Source: the human T2T-CHM13v2.0 reference genome, Homo sapiens
Direction: 5' to 3' (one strand)
DNA: 64,000 nucleotides
Assembly (NCBI RefSeq): GCF_009914755.1
Contig: NC_060942.1
The notes below the pieces were generated by a model, which worked only from the letters and a program-made list of their open reading frames with translations, searched no databases and was not told the origin of the DNA. Both the position numbers and the translations under genes were made by a program. Shown here piece after piece: positions 26,336 to 46,256 of this stretch; the first letter of the stretch is position 1; each line of letters begins with the position of its first letter.

Positions 26336-27204
26336 TATCACACCAGGCTTGAAATTATTTTTGTTCAGGTCATTTATTCACCATGGTTGCCTTGATTCTA
26401 GACTGTTAATCAGGCCATAACTTCTACTGAGTGGAGCTCAAAAATTGAGTTAAAAGTCACACTTTTGTATGGAAAAATATTTTCAACTCTTTGTTCTATT
26501 CACTCCGCCAATATGTATTATTATTATTGTTATTTATTTTAGCTTGGGCCTTCTATCCTGGGATATGTTTCTTATTTCCTCTCTGTCATAGAAGAGATTG
26601 GCAAAATTAGTAAATTAAGTTAGGGTCCAGTCTTAGAATCAGCCAGTATTCTGAGGAGGCAAGGCACAAAGAACTTCATTCTAGTTTACTAATTTTGTCA
26701 TTAATTTTCATATTTTTCAGTCTAGCATCTTATACAACATCTCAGACATGTTGGCTCTGAATATGTAGACTTACCCAAGAACTTCCAATAGATTGGCTCT
26801 TACTTCTGCCACTATTGTACTTTACATTGAATCTCACTTCCTGTCAGTTAACATTATTCCATATGCTTACTATTATCAAGGAAATTACTGTTAGTTTCTG
26901 CCTTTTAAAATAGGTATTGTTTTAATAGAATCTCAAAACGAATATAGAATAATGAAAAAAAGTATAGCCTTCTGTTTCTGACTTCAAATCAAGATAAAAT
27001 ACAGTTTTAAAAACTAGTTTGAAGACCTGACAACAGAGGTATCAATATTGTGAGATAAATAAGCTTTTCAAAGAGAAATTTTATTTTTTTACCTTCTGGA
27101 ACATGATACATAATAGCTTCTTAGTACATGCTGATGAATGAATGATTGAATGACTTGCTAAATGGATCAGATATCTTGTACCCTGATTATGAACATGTCT
27201 ATCA

Positions 27205-27360
27205 TTATTTGTGTGAATTTGGACACATCACTAACCTAGTGTCCTGAGCCTCAGTTTATGTGTCCACAAATTGGAGAGAATAATATTTTCTGAAAAGCCA
27301 ATTTGTGAAATTAAAGGAAATAGTAATAATAAAATTGATTTGAAAAGTGTAAAGGTTAGA
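27205..27360 (+). mobile_element. MIR fragment
   Basis: TGTGTGAATTTGGACACATCACTAACC...CTGAGCCTCAGTTT matches the MIR core. Confidence 0.65.
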
Positions 27361-27599
27361 TACCCTACAGCTTGATAGTTATATAAAAAATGCACACCCC
27401 ACACACACCCCACACAGATGCTTACAGAACATACTAACAGCTCTAAGAAAGAGTACATTATAACACAGACCTAGTAGAGGGCAGGGAAGGAGGAGTAAGA
27501 AACTATACATAGACATTTATCCCCTTTCCCTTATGAAACCAATCTTCAATCTGGGGCAAGAGGTACATAAAACACAATATTTTAAGGAAAATTGTCAAA

Positions 27600-31910
<4,311 letters not shown>

Positions 31911-33867
31911 ATACATATTTATAAGGTGTAAATATAGTATATACATGTTATAAGATTACATATAGATAAAATATTTCTCATTTATTTTGAGTCATAGGTG
32001 TCTTAGAAGTATACTGCTTACTTTCCAAGCAGTAGATCAATGCCTAGTTATGTTTTTGTTATTGATTTTTAGTTTAATTTCACTGTGATGAGATATCAGA
32101 GTATGAATATGTTTAATTTAAAAATATGTACATCTTGAGCTTCCTTAACATAACAGCATGTGGTACTTTTTTTGTGAATATGCCATGTGCACTTGAAATA
32201 AAGATGCATTCTGTCATTGTTTTGTGCATTAAAATCAAGTTTGCTAATTGTATTGATCAAATCTTCTATATAAATTTACTGATTTTTTTTGTTTGCTTTC
32301 TCTAATGACTACCAAAAAGAAAATGTTCAAATATTCCATTATGATCATGGACTTATTGTTTTATCCTTTTTGAAAAATATTTTATTTTATTTTTGTTTTA
32401 TACATATTGACACTATGTTATTGAGGACACAGAGATTTAGGGTTGTTATATATTTGTAATGAACTGACTCTTTAATCATTACAAAGTGTCCATGAAACTT
32501 CATAAATCTTAATATGTTGTGTTTTCATTTTAACTCAGTTCAAAACACTTTCAGTTATTTTTTCTTATTTTTTTCTTTTAACATATATTATCTGGAAATA
32601 TGTAATCTACTTTTCAAATATTTAGGGATTTTACAGAAATTTTTGCATTATTAGTTGGTAATTTAATTTCATTGTGATCTGGGTATGCAATTAGTTTGAC
32701 TTTAAAGCTTTTAAATCTATTGAGAAGTTGTTTCTAAATCATTTTATCATTATTACTTTTAATGATCCAACATATGGTCTAGGTGTGTATTCTGATTTTA
32801 TTGGCTGGCACATTCTATAAATGTCAATTAAGTCAAGTTGTTAAATACTGTCCAAATATTTTATACCATTACTGATTTTCTGTCAATTTGTTCTACCAAT
32901 TATTAAGAGAGAGATATATAAATATCTAAGTGTAACTGTGGAGGTATGTACTTCTTCTTGATGTTCTTTCAATTTTGTTTATAATATTCTGAAATTCTGC
33001 TATCAGACCCATAATCATTTGCAATTATTGTGTCCTCTTAATATATTGAATCCTTTGTCATTATGGAATGACCTCTTTATCCCAGATAACATTTTTTTTT
33101 TATATTTTCATTGTCTGATATTAATAATGACACTCCAACCTTTTTTTGGTTATTATTACCATGTCATGTTTTTCTCATTCTTTTACTTTCATATTTTACT
33201 CTGGGAATGTCTTGAAGTGTATTTCTAGTAGTCAGTAGACTGTCAAGTCTTATCTTTTTATTCAATCTAGTAATGTCTTTAGATTAGATTATTTACAACT
33301 TATATGATTACATATGTTTAGGTTTAAATATTTTATCCTGTTATTAGTTTTCTATTTGTCCTGTTATTTCTTCTTTTACCTGTTTTCCTTCCTTTTTTTT
33401 ATTTTATCTAATTTGCTGCCTTATTAGCTATGGCAGTTTTATGTGTCTTTATGTTTCTAAGACATTTAGTGTTTTTTTAGGATTTATAGTGTGCATCTTT
33501 AACTCATCACAATCTACCTTCTGGTGATACTACACCACTTATAAAGTAAAGGACTTTACATTAGTACACTTCCAAATCTTACTTTCTATTCTTCGTTCCA
33601 TTGTTACACATTTTATTTCACATATCTGTAAAGCCTATAGTACATTGTTAATTTTTAGTAGTTATATTCAAAAGAGATTCAAATGGTAAGAAATAAGTTT
33701 ATATGTTAATTCATATAGTTATCATTTTTTGGTATTTCACATTGATTTGAAAGGTAGTACATATCTTAATCCATTAACATTTTTCTTCTTCCTGAAGGGC
33801 TTCCTTTAACATTTATGGTATGGAGGGTCTGGCATTGATAAATTCTTTTAGTTTTAATTTATTTAAA

Positions 33868-33935
33868 ATGTAACTAACCTGCACAATGTGCACATGTACC
33901 CTAAAACTTAAAGTATAATTAAAAAAAAAAAAAAA
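33868..33935 (+). mobile_element. Young L1 (L1PA2-like) extreme 3' end plus poly(A)
   Basis: ATGTAACTAACCTGCACAATGTGCACATGTACCCTAAAACTTAAAGTATAAT followed by T and A15. This matches the recalled L1HS/L1PA2 3' terminus, without the Ta-type CTTAGAG. Confidence 0.93.
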
Positions 33936-35027
33936 GAATCTTCATTTTGCCTCTATTCTAAAATAAAATTTTTACTTGACATATAATTCTAGGTTGGTAG
34001 GTATTTTGGTTTTGTCTTTGCAGCACTTTAAAGGTGCTGCTTTAATATATTTTGGCTTACATTGTTTTTGAAATATTGTCTGACATCCCATAATAGTTTT
34101 TCTGTATGTAATGGGACTTTTTTCTCTTACACTTTTAAGAGTTCTATTAAATATTGATTTTGAGAGCATTGATTTTCATATACTGTGATGTAGTCTATGT
34201 TATTTTATGCTTAAGATTTATTGAGTTAATTAAACCTGCAGTTTTACAGTTTTCTGGAAAAAATGGCTACATTAATTCTGGAAAAAAATTGGCCATATTT
34301 ATTAAAATATTTTTGTATCCCTTCTCTTTGTCTTTGTGGACTCCAATTATACATATAGTGGTCTATTTGAAATTCTTTCACAGATCACTGACGCTGTGCT
34401 CATTTTTAAAATTCTTTTCTCCACTTTTGTTATTTTTAATTTATATTTTAATGTGCTCAAATTCACTAATCTTTTTATCTGCAATATCTAATCTGTCATT
34501 AATATCTTCCAGTTTATTTTTAATTTTAGCGATTATTGTTTTTATCTCTAGTAGTTTGGTTTGCATCTTTTTTGAAAATATCTTAAGTCTTTTTTAATTT
34601 TTGAAAAGATGTAGTTAGCTGTTTTAAAGTTTTAACTAGCATTAGTTTAGGTCAATTTTGATTAGTTGTTTTTTCTTATTATAGGTCACAATTTCCTGCT
34701 TCTTTGTGTGTCTAATAATTTTTGATTAAATAACAGCTATTATGAATACATTTTTGTGGTACTAAATATATTTTTGAATTTTCTTTTAGCACAATTTAAG
34801 TTACTTATAAATAGTTGTATTATTTTGGGCTTTTTCTGAGATGTCAGGTGGGACCAGAGCTGTGAAATACTTCAGCAATGTGAACTGAAAGGCAAGACCC
34901 TTCTTATTACTCTAGCCAGTGTTGCACAAATTATGACATTTTCCAGTCATTTTGGTAAAAACAGAAACCATGTTCAGCTCTGTGCTAGTGTCTCCTACTG
35001 CTCCCTTGGTTCTTTCTGGTGGCTCTC

Positions 35028-35309
<282 letters not shown>

Positions 35310-35712
35310 TTTGGTGGTTCTTTTTCTGGACTCAAGTAATTACCTGACATACATGCAAGAAACTGTACTCTGCTGTATAATCACATCTGCTTATGTTAGA
35401 ATTCTCTCACTTCTCAGTCTCAAATCTGAGTCACTCTGTCCTGAAAACTCCAGCTGCTTTGGTCTTCCTGGACTCTCAGTTCTGTATTTTTCACTCAAGA
35501 TGACTGTCTGGCTTTGCCTGGATTTCACTTCCCTGTACTGTAGACTAGAAATTCTCCCAATGAAGTAATCTGGGGATAAATCACGTGGTTCACTTTCCCC
35601 CCAATCTGTCAAAAAAAGACTATCCTCTATTTCTTAAGGTCCAATATCTTAAAAACTGTTTTAGCCTAAACTTTCTCTCTTTTTGGTTGGGGGTGGAGAT
35701 CATTTGGGTTAG

Positions 35713-36135
35713 TATCTTAGTCTATGTTTTATTGTTGTAAAGAATACTTGAGACTGGGTAATATATAAAGAACGAACGTTTATTTCTTGTAGTTCTGTAT
35801 GTAGGGCAGTTCAAGATCAAAGCAATGGAAGGTTTTGTGTCTACTGAAGTCTCAGTCTTTGTTCCCAAGATGGTTTCTTGAACACTGCATCCTCTGTTGT
35901 GGGTGTGGAGGTGTGAAGGGCAGGAACACTGTTCTCACATGGCAGAAAAGCTGAAGAGTAAAGAAAGAGAGCAACAAGGGTCAGACTTGCCCTTTCATAC
36001 CAGCACTAATACCATCCATGAGGGTGGAGCCCTCCCTCTTGGCCTAGTCATATCTTAAGTGTCGATGTTTTAATACTGTTACAATGGCAATTAAATCTCA
36101 TCATGAGTTTTGGATGGGACATGCAACCTATAGAA
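35713..36135 (-). mobile_element. MST/MLT1A-type MaLR LTR nested in the L1 5' end
   Basis: TCTTAGTC...GAGACTGGGTAAT...TTCAAGATCAA...CCAAGATGG...CATGAGGGTGGAGCCCTC...CATGAGTTTTGGA. Confidence 0.85.
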
Positions 36136-37429
36136 GATGGTAGTCTGGTTATTTCTCCATCTTGGCTAGAAACAGAAGTCCAGATAACTGGAATATTACA
36201 GTAGTTTTTACATGACATCATTTCATTTGAAATAATAATATAACATTTCACATACTTCAAGGTATTCTTGAAGCTACCTTTTATAAAACTGTGTTTTGTT
36301 TTTGTCTTTTTAGGATATCTGTCTTATCACTTAGAAATTTTGCATATGTCTCATCTTTATCCCTACAAATCTTAACAATTGTTGACATCTCTGAAAGTGT
36401 TCCTGCCTTCAGCATAACCCTTGAATATATGTTAGCTTATTTTGGGGTCCTATGACTTTATACAGTTAAATCTAACTTCATGGCCTTAAGTTTTCTTTAA
36501 CATCAAGATTTTGTGTTGTACTTCTTTTCTACCATCAATAGCACCTAGCACATTTTATAAGTACATACATAGTATGTACACGGTAAGCAAACATAGTGTT
36601 ATCATCAATAAAAGATATAGATTGAATTTTAAAATTACACCAAAAAATAATATCTGCTTTATTTTTAGGTTATATAAAATTGCAAGATTTAATACTCTGA
36701 TAAAATATATATAGTACTTTAAAAATTGCAACCTAAAATAACTGTTGAAAAATATGTAAACAGAAAATACCACCTGGGGATTACACACAAGGATGGGAAG
36801 CCTATACGATGTGACTAGCATACTTGATGATCTTGTCTTCCTCAGAGGACAATATGAATCTAATTCTGAGCTTCTCAAGAGAAAAAAAAATTGGCGTTTA
36901 ATTAACTCCATGAGGCAGACAAACATAGCTCAAGTGATCTTTATCTCTGATGTTTGCCTTGGATGCTTTCAGAAATGAAAAGCTTTCAACAATTTCACAC
37001 TTTTTGTAGTATTCCTTTAAGGTACCTTCAGGCATCATGCACATAAGGTATATGCATAATATGGCTTTATTTATGGGGACACTTGCTGGGGCTTGTAAGA
37101 AGCTCTTTTGATATTACTATTCCAATATCAAAATGCTTATACTGTGTTACTTATGTAAGCACCTCTGGGAAAATATACTTTTCTTCTATAAAAAACATAA
37201 AAGTTTAAATAATACACATGCAAAATACTATTGTACCTCTTCCAATAAACCTAGACATATAATTTCACAAATTCTTAGAAACTACTTGAATTGACTATTC
37301 AGGTAATTATTGACCTTTTGAATTTATGTATTTGTTAATTTAATGTCATAAAAATGGAATCATAAAGTAAGAATCTTTAATACAAAATGAGAAAACTAAT
37401 AATCACTAATATGACAAATATTTCAGGAA

Positions 37430-38830
37430 GTATTGTTCATCACTTCTGTGTTCCAAGCTACAAGAAAACTCCTAGAGGTAAAGCAGCCAACAAAACTGAA
37501 GGTTATTTTATGGAGGCTAAGGGGAGACAGAGAGAAAACAACAAACAGATAAATAAATGGACCAGAAAAATATCAGATAGAGTTATGTAGAGAATTTTTG
37601 AAAGAGCGACAATATATAGAATGTCAGGGGGTGGGGTAGGAGTGGGGCTAATTTTGGTTGTGTAATCATAGGTACATATTTCTGATGGAATATTATTTAA
37701 ACCAGACACTAAATGACGAGAAGTAAGGAATGGACTGATTAAAGGGAAGACTTTTCAAAGCAAAGAAAATGGCTCAAAGACCCTAAGGTGATATATTATT
37801 TAGGGAAAGCTAATGATCATGGCTTAACATATAAAAGATTACTTCTCAAATGCTTTTGCAACAGGGGTTCGCAAATATTGTTTCATCAAGCCACTTAGAA
37901 TCTTGTTTAGGCTTCACCTGACTGAGACCCTACCAATATTTTGGCTGTGCCATGTGCAACACAAGGCCTTTACAGATGGGAAGGCAAGGAAAGAGAAGGT
38001 AGGGAATCACACATAGGCTTTCACTGAATTGGCTTGGAATTTAGGTGTCATTTCTGCTTTCATTTTCTGGCTAGATCTTATCAAACATTCTCCACAATTG
38101 AAAGGGGGGGCTTAGAAATGAAACCTAACATGCTTAGAGTCAGAGAAGAACTGGATAGTGGTGAACCCTCATAATATCTCCCCTAGGTAGAGAAACAGCT
38201 TGAAAAATTTAAGGGACACAGTACAATCAGAGAGTACTAGAATGCAGAGAGGAGGAGAAAGTGGCATGAGATGAGATTGTAGATACAGTTGAAGATTTTT
38301 TAAGGATTCTGTAATTCAAGGGTTAGTTGTTTGGATTCTATCCTAAGGATAATAGGAAACTATTAGATGCTTTAAAATGATCATATAATCTTATTTTCAC
38401 TTTTAAAAGATCAGTCTGGATGTTATATGGAAAATGAATATCGGGCACAATGAAGAGGGAACCCAGTAGAAGGCAGTTGCAGTCTTTTAGGAAATGTGTT
38501 GATATGATGGTAGTCAAGATGGAGAGAAGTGGATTCATTTATAATATGTTTGAAGGTAAAATTGACTGGATCTCTTGAGAGATTGGTTGTGGAGGGAAGG
38601 ATAATATTTACATTTTTGTCTTTGGTGAAAACAAGGTGTCTACTTACTATGATGAAAAAGATGTGTGGGGGGTGCAGATTTGTGGTGTAAATCCAGAGCA
38701 GTACTTTGAGCTTGTTTGCTTGGTATAGTATAGATTAGTAAGGGTTATAAAGAATAAATGTGGTCTTGGTGATTCAGGAAGTCACTGAGGATGGAGATAT
38801 AGGTTCAGCCATAGACAGTAAATTTACCTA
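37430..38830 (-). mobile_element. L2 fragment interrupted by an MLT1 LTR
   Basis: Purine-rich antisense L2 motifs TTTTAAAAGATCAGTCTGGATG, CCAGTAGAAGGCAGTTGCAGT and GAGAGAAGTGGATTCATTT. Confidence 0.7.
37792..38185 (-). mobile_element. Old MaLR LTR (MLT1J/K/L-like)
   Basis: TGGCTTAACA...TCATTTCTGCTTTCATTTTCTGGCTAGA...GAGAAGAACTGGATAGTGGTGAAC resembles the reverse MLT1K-type consensus. Confidence 0.6.
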
Positions 38831-39870
38831 GGAATACCTGGGATGGGGAGGTATTATAAAACAGGTTTACTGTTGATATGGGACAGAAATAAAGTAAGTG
38901 TCTGGATTCTTAATCCTAACATTTTTTCTATTGTTACAAGAATTTTTTTCTGGAACAAACCACACACATTTTCATGATGACAAACAACATGGTAAAATTT
39001 CCACAGAGTGAGCCTTAAAAATGGCATTCCCTACTCTCTAATCAATAAGAAACTGTTTTTAAGACAGCTGCTATTTTCTGGTGCAGAATACATCTCAGCA
39101 TTTCCGGCTGACTGATTCTGGAGGCTGCTTCATGATTGCATTTTATGTTACTTATTGAAGGGCCCACAATTACTATGCCATCTTTCACAGCAAAAGATGA
39201 TTCTGCTGACCCACCATTGGCAGAGCATATGTACAGAAAATAGATTTTATCTATGGGTTTATGTTATCTTACCTAGTTTCTTAAGGAATTAACCAAATAC
39301 TTCTGTTAGGAAATATTTGTAACCTCTACTTACCCAGATTTCATTTTTCAGGAACAAAGTCAAGTCCCAAGCTCAATAAAATGTCTCTTTCTACATCTAT
39401 AGATTTATATAAATATTTATAATCTACCTGTCTTATTTTGATGTAAATATATGTAAAATACAAATTATTAATTTAATGTTTTATATTTATATGCTTAATC
39501 TTTCCTAACAAATTACTAGAATATGTGACTTCTATTTTACATTGCTCTTTGAATTTTCTAAAGAATCTAGCCTAGTGTGAAGCCTATAGGACTTGTTCAG
39601 TAGACTGGGTTTTCCACATATCTTTATGTATGTGTGGTGTGGTGTGCTGTGGGGTGTGTGTGTAAGGAAGAGAGAGGAGAGAGAGAGTGAGAGAGCGAGA
39701 GCACACCAGAGTGCACATGTAAAAAATGTTAATGACCTCATTTTGGAAACAGGATGTACATTTTAAACTATTTTACTAATATAGAAATGATATCTGTTTT
39801 GGAACCATTTGAAATTCTTTAAATATTTTGAGCTATATTTTAAATATCATTAAATATTCTAAAATTTCTA

Positions 39871-39951
39871 TAGAAATTGAATCTTATGATGTTACCATTT
39901 TTTGATCAAAAGCAGCTAAACCCTGGACATTTCATATGGTATAATCGAATC
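39871..39951. mobile_element. MADE2-like mariner MITE (degenerate)
   Basis: TTGAATCTTATGATGTTACCATTTT...TCAAAAGCAG...ATTTCATATGGTATAATC aligns with the recalled MADE2 TTGAACCATATGAAATTGCCATTTT...ATTTCATATGGTTCAACC. Confidence 0.65.
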
Positions 39952-41857
39952 TATTTAAATTTTAATATATTGACTTCCCCTAAGAAATGTGAGAATGTTC
40001 CAAGTTTATAAATGGTTTTCAATGCATGATTTTACTTAACTACTCAATAATCCATGATTTATTTATTGATTTATTCAGCCACTTCAATATTATTCATCAC
40101 TTATTTGGTTCCCTTTCTTATTGTTAATAAATGCAAAACTTGTTATTTTTGTGCATTAATGTTTTCTATATGTCTGATTATTATTTTTATATAATCCTGG
40201 TAAAAAAATAATGAGTTTACAGGATATTATCATTTATAAGTTTCTTGATTTATCTTGAAAAATAGATATTTTGAAACAGTATATTAACTTACTCTTTCAT
40301 TGAAAGGGGATTAAGAAAAACTTTTTAATGTACCTTTACTGTGCCTTTTCTAATGCATAACAATGTCTAATTTACCTATTTTGATTATTAATGATGGAAA
40401 CATTTATTATATTTTATTAGGAATTTCCAGTTTTTTTCTGAAATATTTAAGATATTTTTAATCAACTTAGACTTTCTTAATTTCTAAAGTCTCTTAGTTA
40501 TAACCTTTTGTCAAATATATTAAAAATATTTCCATAGTTTTTCATTTAGGCTTTTATTATTTGTCAAGTTTTAAAGTACAGAGATTTTTGGGGGTAGTAA
40601 ACATATTAATATTTTCTTATATAGTGTATTTGCACCCTTAACATTTGTCATTCTTAAGATCAGTTTTTATCTGTGAATTCTACTGTTTATATTTCAAATA
40701 ATTTTGTGATGTAGTTTTCTCTTTAACCTACCACACACTTGTTTTCTAATGTGGTCTGAAATGTGACTCTAACTTTACTTTTCTGTTAGATGCTTTCTTA
40801 ATTTTTTAATTCTACTTCTCACTATGGTGAATTTTATCTTCATTTTATATTATGCCACACACACAGAAAAACACACATGCCTGTTTTAGAAAAACAATCT
40901 ATGTTTTTCTACATAACATTGTTATTTTAATTACTGTCATGTCATATATATAACCTATTTAATATCTCAAATACTGAGAGGCAAGATTTACTCATATTAT
41001 TAGTTTTAAGTTGTTAATTTAATATTTAGTTTTAGACAATGTTAAAAATCAATTTATATAAGTATGTAAATACTGTTTTGAATAACAATATATTAAAAAT
41101 ATAAATATATTTCTTATTGTGCTTTTTAATGTAATATGCCTAGATTTTCAAATGATAAAATAGTTTTTATAATATTAAATGTCCTAGTAATAATGGAATT
41201 ATTTCTCTAGAATGATTCAACTGATATATTGTTAAATTATTCAAGTATTTCATTAAAACTTTTGAATATACACATAAAAATAGAAATGATTATGTAATTT
41301 AAGTTTCAATACTTAATTGAAGAGTTTTAAATTTTTTTTATGTTCTCAAATAATCTTAAAGAAATTATTTCCTATTTAACAATTTGAATTAACTCAATAA
41401 TACACTATCTTTTCTTGTAAGAAGCTAAATCTATAATAAATTGTTATATCTTTGTAAATTTTTGCATTATTTACCTTTTGTATTTCTTATGATAATTTAT
41501 ATTTTGCCAGAAATTAACATATTTTTAAAAACTTACCAAATTTTTAGCAAATATATTATGAAGTACATGCATAATTTTGTGCATTATTTTACAACTTCAT
41601 GTTATAGATTATTTTTATTTTGTCTCTCATTAAAGTGTCTTAATTTTGTGTATTTTTACTTTGTTTTAAACAAGAGGTTTTTAAATTTAATTTACATACC
41701 TCTTGTTTTAACTTTACATATTTATTAATTTATTTTGTTTTTCTTGTGTATCGGGTCATCTTATCATATTTTATAAGCTGCCTGGGAACAGGTTTATTTC
41801 AGTATTGTTTGCTCTTTGTATTTTAGTACTTTTTCTTTTCATTAATAATGAAAGTAA

Positions 41858-42245
<388 letters not shown>

Positions 42246-42767
42246 TCATTTAAAAAATAATAATAGTTATGTAGTTTTTGACATGATAAATTCTATTGTA
42301 TATTGTTGATGTATGTTTAATCATTTCTTAGTCCCATTTTAGAGATGATGAGAAAATTTTTGCAAAGAATAATAGAGTAACTTGCTAAGGCTATAGTTAA
42401 AAGTGATGTACCTGGAATTTCAAGTTAAACAATTTAACTGTTTTTGCCCAGAATGCTCTCCTTTAGAAAGAGACAGTCACCAGGAATAAATGTTGTTTTG
42501 TTTATTAACTTTATATTTATTTACCCATTTGTTTGTCTGATTATCTATTGTTGTAAATTTTGCACAATTTAAAATGAATGGGTGTTAAATAATGTTATTT
42601 GATGAGTTTTGACAAATACATAAAAAAATATGCAAAAGTTTATCAACCCAGATGTTCCCTTGTACACTTTTTTCAAGCAATTCTTATTCCCCAAAACTGC
42701 TCTGATTTATATTAGCATGGAGTTTTACCTAAGACTTCCTATAAATTGAGTCCTCTTTAGTGCCTGA

Positions 42768-43120
<353 letters not shown>

Positions 43121-44700
43121 TAACGTTTGACATTCGTACATGTGGTTGCACTGATTTATAATTCATTCTCTTTTTATTTATAATTTTTGGTGAATATCTT
43201 ACATACAGATATCACACAATTTTATTTTTTCCATTCTCTTGGTGATGAGTATTAGTTTTTTTTATTTCCAGTTTAGAATTATTATGAATAAAATATCTTT
43301 CAGGATGTATGCTTTCATTTATCCACTAACGGTAGATTGGCATGACTGTATTTAACTTTATTAAAACCAACAAGCAAATCAACACAAACGAGCAAAAAAT
43401 AAATAAAATAAACTCTTTTAGACTGATTTCCAAAGTTGTTTCAACATTTGTAACTCCCACCAAAAAACTATGAGGTTCTAGTTGTTCTATTTCTTCAAGA
43501 ACATTTGGTACTCAGATTCCAGTATTTATCAATTCTAGTTGATGTGAAGTGATATTTCATTGTAATTTGAATTTACTATTTTCTGATATCTAACAATATT
43601 AACCTCCTTTAAGTTTGCTTATCAGCTATTCTTTTGTCTTCTTTTGTGATCTCCACAGGTGTTTTGCATTTTTGGATTTTTGTCTTTGTATTGAGCTGTA
43701 GCAATTAACAGTATATTCTGATGTAAAAAATCCTTCATCACATATATTTAAGAATACTGTTTTTCTCCCAATCTGGTCTGCAGTTTCATTTTCTTAATGA
43801 TTTATTTGGAATAGCAGATATATTTAATTTTTATGTATTCTAGCTTATTTTTTTTTCTTTTGAGCTTACTTCATTTTTCTCTTTTCTGCAAAAACCCTCT
43901 ATTTTCTTCTGCAAAATATCTCTACCCCAAAGTTATGTAATATTCTTCTATACTTCGTTCAAGAAGCTTTATAGCTTTAGCCTTTATGTTTAAATGTATC
44001 TATGATCAGTGTGAAATTAATGTTTGTATATGATGCTAAGTAAATAATTGAGTTTCATTACTTTCTTTCATCCAGATATCCAGTTTTTCAGGCATCCTAT
44101 GGGTTTTTTTGTTTGTTTCTTTCTTTCTCTAGTGAACTGCTTTGACACCTTTTTGTCAAATAAAGATTTGGATTAGTTTCGCAAATCTTTTGTTAAGAAT
44201 AATTGTTTTCATGCATTTTATTGGTCTGATATATCATTTTCTTATAATACTCTTGTCATGTTTTCTAGTGATGTTTTCACTTTCATTCCTAATACTTAAA
44301 ATTTTTATTTTTCTTCTTCTATTCTTTATCACTTTTCCAGATTTTATCAATTTTTATATTAAAAAGTTTTTGGCTTCTGTTGATTTCCTCTTTTGTTGTT
44401 CCATTTTCTAATTAATTAATTTTTCTCTTATTTTGATTATATTTTTATTATTTATTTTTTCTACTTATTTTGAGTTTATTTGTGATTTTTTTAAATCCTC
44501 AAGTTGAAAGCTTAGACCATTAATTGTAAAACTTCTTTCTGCTCTAATATTTACATTTTAAACTATAAATGTCTAATAACTGCTTTAGCAACATTTCACA
44601 AATTATGGTATATTGTGTTTTAGTATCATTTATATTAAACTGTTTTCTTATTTTTATTACAAATTTATTTGGACCCATTCATTATTTAAAACAATGTTGC

Positions 44701-45067
44701 TGATATGGTTTGGTTCTGTGTTCCTGTCTAAATCTTGCCTTGAATTTTAATAATCCCTATAGTGTCAAGGGTGGGACCAGGTGGAGTTAATTGAATCATG
44801 TGAATGGTTTCCCCCAGACTGTAGTCATGATAGTGGGTAAGTTCTCATGAGAGTTGATTGCTTCATAAGGGGCTTCCCCTTCACTGGGCTCTCGTTCTCT
44901 CTCCTGTGGCCATGTGAAGAAGAATGTGTTTGCTTCCCCTTCTGCCATGATTGTGTTTCCTGAAGCCTCCCCAGCCATGCGAAACTGTGAGTCAATTAAA
45001 CCTCTTTTCTTTATAAATTAGCCATTCTCAGGTATTTCTTCATGGATCCTGAGAATGGACTAGTACA
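44701..45067 (+). mobile_element. THE1C/D-like solo LTR nested in L1
   Basis: TGATATGGTTTGG...GGACTAGTACA with a perfect TSD GTTGC at 44696-44700 and 45068-45072. Confidence 0.94.
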
Positions 45068-46256
45068 GTTGCTTATTTTCATGTATTAATTGTCAACATA
45101 AACATAGTATACATGTTTTATGATTTTGAAAATTATTGAGATTTATTTTATGGCCCAGTATATGGACTACCTTGGCACTCTTCCATGTGCATTTAAATAG
45201 AATATGTATTTTGCATTGTTGAATTTAGTAGTGTATGAATGTCATTTAGGTATGTTTTTGATAGTTCTGTTCAAATTTTTTTGAACATATAACCTATTGA
45301 ATGTTCTATCAGTTACTGACAGTTGGGTATTAAAAACTTAAATTATAATTTTGTGTATATAATATACCTTTGGTTAAGTCTTTATACCTTTACTACTGTC
45401 AATATTTCTTTGTTATGAAATATTCTCCTTCATTTCTGTTAATAATTTCTCTATTTCCATTATTACTTTAGGCCCAGAATAGGACTCAAATGCAATGTTC
45501 AATAGAAGCTGTGTCAGGCTTCCTTGCATCATGTAGTGTTGAAGGGAAAAAATATTTTTTACAAAGCATATCATCCCTGTACATTCTTTCACCAGCTTTG
45601 TGACGTTTCACTCTATACATGATGCAGTGCTTAGCAAAAACCCAACAGGATCTTAATCTCGCTTTGGAGATCTTTGAATAGTCCATGCTTTCTCTCTCTT
45701 TATTCTACAACTTCTAGCTACTTCAGCCTCTGAATTTCAATCTCCAACTCTTCATCTCAGTGGCATCACTAGGCTGAGTGTGTTTCTCCAACCATTTGGA
45801 AATGTTGTGGGTACTTACATGGTTTCAAATTTACCCACCAGAAAAAACTGAGGTGACTATAGAACTCACCTTATTTGTTTCCCTCTACCCAGGATCACAG
45901 TGCTAAGCTGCCTGTTATCCAATAGTTAAAAATAGTTTCATGCATTTAGTCCAGGTGGGTTGTTTATAGTGAGCAGTTATATCCAGCACTTTTTGCTTCA
46001 TATCTGGAAGCCTTTTTACTCTCTTTAAATTACTATGTTAAATTATCTATTTCCATATTGAATATTTATTGCATCTACTTTATATGTCTAATGCTAATGG
46101 AGTTATGTTTGAGGTTTTATACAGACTTTCTCAGTGTTTCATATTTTATAGAGTTTATGTATGTATATATAGTTGATAAATGAGTTGGTACATAAAATTG
46201 CATGACTATCATGTACGAAAGATATATGCATTTTTATGTATGTGTGTGTGTTTGTG

